Shown here: positions 61,658-64,000 of the stretch, piece after piece
Layout of the letters: the number at the start of each line of letters is the position of its first letter
Numbering within the stretch: the first letter of the stretch is position 1
From: Octopus sinensis
Taxonomy: Eukaryota
Assembly (NCBI RefSeq): GCF_006345805.1
Contig: NC_043021.1
Span: 1,612,001-1,676,000, forward strand
Direction: 5' to 3'
Length of the DNA stretch: 64,000 bases
The notes under the pieces: generated by a model
The model's input: only the letters and a program-made list of their open reading frames with translations
The model's database searches: none
What the model was told of the DNA's origin: nothing
Translations under genes and position numbers: made by a program

Positions 61658-62729
61658 GTTTGTATTTGTTCATATTATGGCTAACCCAACTGTGTCTGTG
61701 TTGTTGTTGTTGTTGCATGTGTGTATGTGTGTGTCCGTCCGTCCGTCCATCATTTAACATCCATTTTCCATGCTGGCACAGGTTGGACAGTCTGACTGGA
61801 TCTGGCCAGCTGGAGATCTGCCTGGGCTCCATGCCTCTGTTTTGACATGGTTTCTACAGCTGGATGCCCTTCCTAATGCCAACCACTTTACACTGGGAAG
61901 TCGTGTGTCGGTCATTGTAGAGTCGTCGTACAAGTTCTTAGTTGGAGTTAAGTGCCTGTTACATGTTATAGCCGAGTTCGAGTCACAGTCAAGGCAGTCG
62001 GTTCAAACTGGTTGTCTTGCAGTGCTATCAGTGATAGCATGATAATCAAAGCAGTTTACCATTTCCAGTATAGAAGAGATACACTGTATCCGATACCAAG
62101 AGATTATGATGGCTACTGGAATAAATACAAGAGCTACAGTCACAACAGAGGCCACACATTATAACTGTGGAAAATGTCATCACATCATAACAATTCTAAA
62201 ATTAAACAATCACATCAAAATCTCTAAACTACAACATAATGAATGATAAATTCGAAACAATATAAACAAACTCTATATTTGAGAAGTAATCTGAATACCG
62301 AAAGGCTAAAAGTAAAAATAGGTATAAAGATTATTCTTAAGGAGATACATACGCAAACCAACTTTTCCCTGCTGTTTAAGGATCAAACATATATGCCCCA
62401 CTTGGTCTAGGTTGGCTAACTTCTAGTGAGGCCAGGGGCTGCACCCAGCTCCATTGTTCTATTCTGGCATGGTTTCTATGGCTGGATGCCCTTCTTAAAC
62501 CCATATATACCCCTTGTTGCATTTCCGCAGTGTAAAACCTGTTCCTACTTGTTTGGACATGGACTCACCTGGAAGTATCTGACTGAGCATACGAAATGGT
62601 CAGTAGGTAGTGGACACCCGTAGCTAACAGTTGCATACTGTCCTTCTCTTCCAGATTGTGAAAGCTTACCAGAACGTTTAATCTAAATACAGTAAAATTC
62701 TTCAGTTCTATATTTAAGAGATGAGGAAT

Positions 62730-63150
62730 TATGTACATTATTTACATTCGGCTGATATACCCTCCACCCTTCATCAGGTGACTTGAGGAAATTTCAAACC
62801 TGGGTTCTCATTTTTCAATGTTGTTATTATTATTATTATTCAGGTCACTACCTGGAATCAAACTTGGAATCTTGGGGTTAGTAGCCCGCGCACTTAACCA
62901 GCATATGCCGTAGTGTAGTGCCCGTGGGCATATGGCGTAGTGGTTAAGAGCACGGGCTACTAACCCCAAGATTCTGAGTTTGATTCCAAGTAGCGACCTG
63001 AATAATAATAATAATAACAACAACATCGAAAAATGAGAACCCAGATTCAAAATTTCCCCAAGACACCTGAAGAAGGTTGGAGGGTATATCAGCCGAAATG
63101 TTGTGTTAACAACAAACAAGATGAGGACAAATATCCATCAAATGTAAATA
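62730..63150. mobile_element. Head-to-head pair of SINE family D copies (- at ~62730-62910, + at ~62926-63150)
   Basis: Both match 31056-31310; the + copy has a hammerhead at 63062-63107, the - copy is deleted after GAA. Confidence 0.8.
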
Positions 63151-63220
63151 AAGAAAAAAATTTTATGGGCATATATGAGTTAACACCAAATATGTCATCA
63201 TCATCATTGTCATTATTTAA

Positions 63221-63445
63221 CCCTTTCGTTACCAACCTGGCTGAAACCAGCTCTGATTCTGTAGCACAAATGTCTTGTTTTCATAAGTTTTGAATTAAAA
63301 TCTTCCACCAAACCTTAGTCACAATTTATGTCCCTAACACTAGCTGAATGATAACTAAGTTATTTTACTAAATTCTTTCTTATATTTAAAATTAATTGTA
63401 AAAAAAAAAACAGAGCATCTCAACAGAAATATGGTAACGAAAGGG
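63221..63445. mobile_element. Complete piggyBac-like MITE with TTAA TSD
   Basis: TTAA-CCCTTTCGTTACC ... GGTAACGAAAGGG-TTAA (63217-63233 / 63433-63449). Confidence 0.88.
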
Positions 63446-63755
63446 TTAATGTCCGTTTTCCATGCTGGCATGGATTGGACAGTTTGACAGTAGCTGGCAA
63501 GGCTGGAGGGCTGTACTAGGGTCCACTTATCTGTTTTGGCATGCTTTCTACAGTTGGATGCCCTTCCTAATGCCAACCACAATGTACAGGGTACTTTTTT
63601 CATGCCACCAGCCCTTATTCTTATTGTTTCCTGGGTCGTTCTATTTTTTAACATTTTAATTTTTTTGTGCATTTGTGTGGGGGGGGGTTCTTTTTTTTTT
63701 TGTTTAACACTTTTTCATACCTTTTTTTTTTTCTCTCCCTCTTTGTGTTTTATAG

Positions 63756-63928
63756 ATTGGAGCTTCAGTACTGGGTTCGTCAACGAGACCATGATCAAGG
63801 ACCACCTACCAGCCCCAGCTGAGGACGTCCTCATTCTGATGTGCGGCCCACCTCCCATGATAAACTCCGCCTGTCTGCCACACCTCGACAAACTCGGATA
63901 CAAACCTACCCAACGTTTCTCTTTCTAA
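63756..63928 (+). CDS. CYB5R3: NADH-cytochrome b5 reductase terminal exon 9 ([19 protein letters not shown]...[30 protein letters not shown])
   Basis: Polypyrimidine tract plus tatag|; 173 nt to TAA at 63926-63928; GFVN and CGPPPM motifs and C-terminal Phe. Confidence 0.97.
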
Positions 63929-63933
63929 AACAA

Positions 63934-63980
63934 AATAAATACATTTATTTTATTATTATTTTTTTTTTGTAAGAAATAAA
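63934..63980 (+). terminator. Candidate polyadenylation signals (AATAAA at 63934-63939 and 63975-63980)
   Basis: Two AATAAA hexamers downstream of the CYB5R stop codon; the region is AT-rich and the window ends shortly after, so usage is unknown. Confidence 0.4.
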
Positions 63981-64000
63981 TTAAATTCCACAACAGATGA

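Overview
Eukaryotic, AT-rich, microsatellite-saturated genomic DNA. The SINE families and repeat style look like an octopus (coleoid cephalopod); this is inference, not a database match. Only one protein-coding gene is well supported: a + strand NADH-cytochrome b5 reductase (CYB5R3-like). It has 8 confidently placed exons (47356-63928) plus a probable 12-nt first coding exon (39269-39280, MEDW). Joined they give 906 nt, i.e. 301 aa plus stop, with exons 3-9 matching the human CYB5R3 exon lengths as I recall them. The rest is repeats: several tRNA-derived SINE families, decayed DNA transposons (mariner DD34D-type, maT DD37D, another Tc1/mariner, a Merlin element with TIRs and TSD), piggyBac- and hAT-like MITEs, a non-autonomous Helitron, RTE and Tx1-like LINE fragments, minisatellites and long fold-back repeats. 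The most striking observation is that at least six unrelated repeat families carry minimal type I hammerhead-ribozyme motifs in which helix III is replaced by a family-specific palindrome (ACGT, AGTACT, ACCGGT, AGTATACT, ACATATGT). These include a complete copy with a compensatory U3-A8 core, a tRNA-headed SINE carrying a hammerhead, and sense-strand copies inside CYB5R introns. Nearly all ORFs in the supplied track are microsatellite artefacts. No rRNA, CRISPR array or intact transposase is present. All pairings and alignments were done by eye; repeat boundaries are approximate unless a TSD or TIR is quoted.
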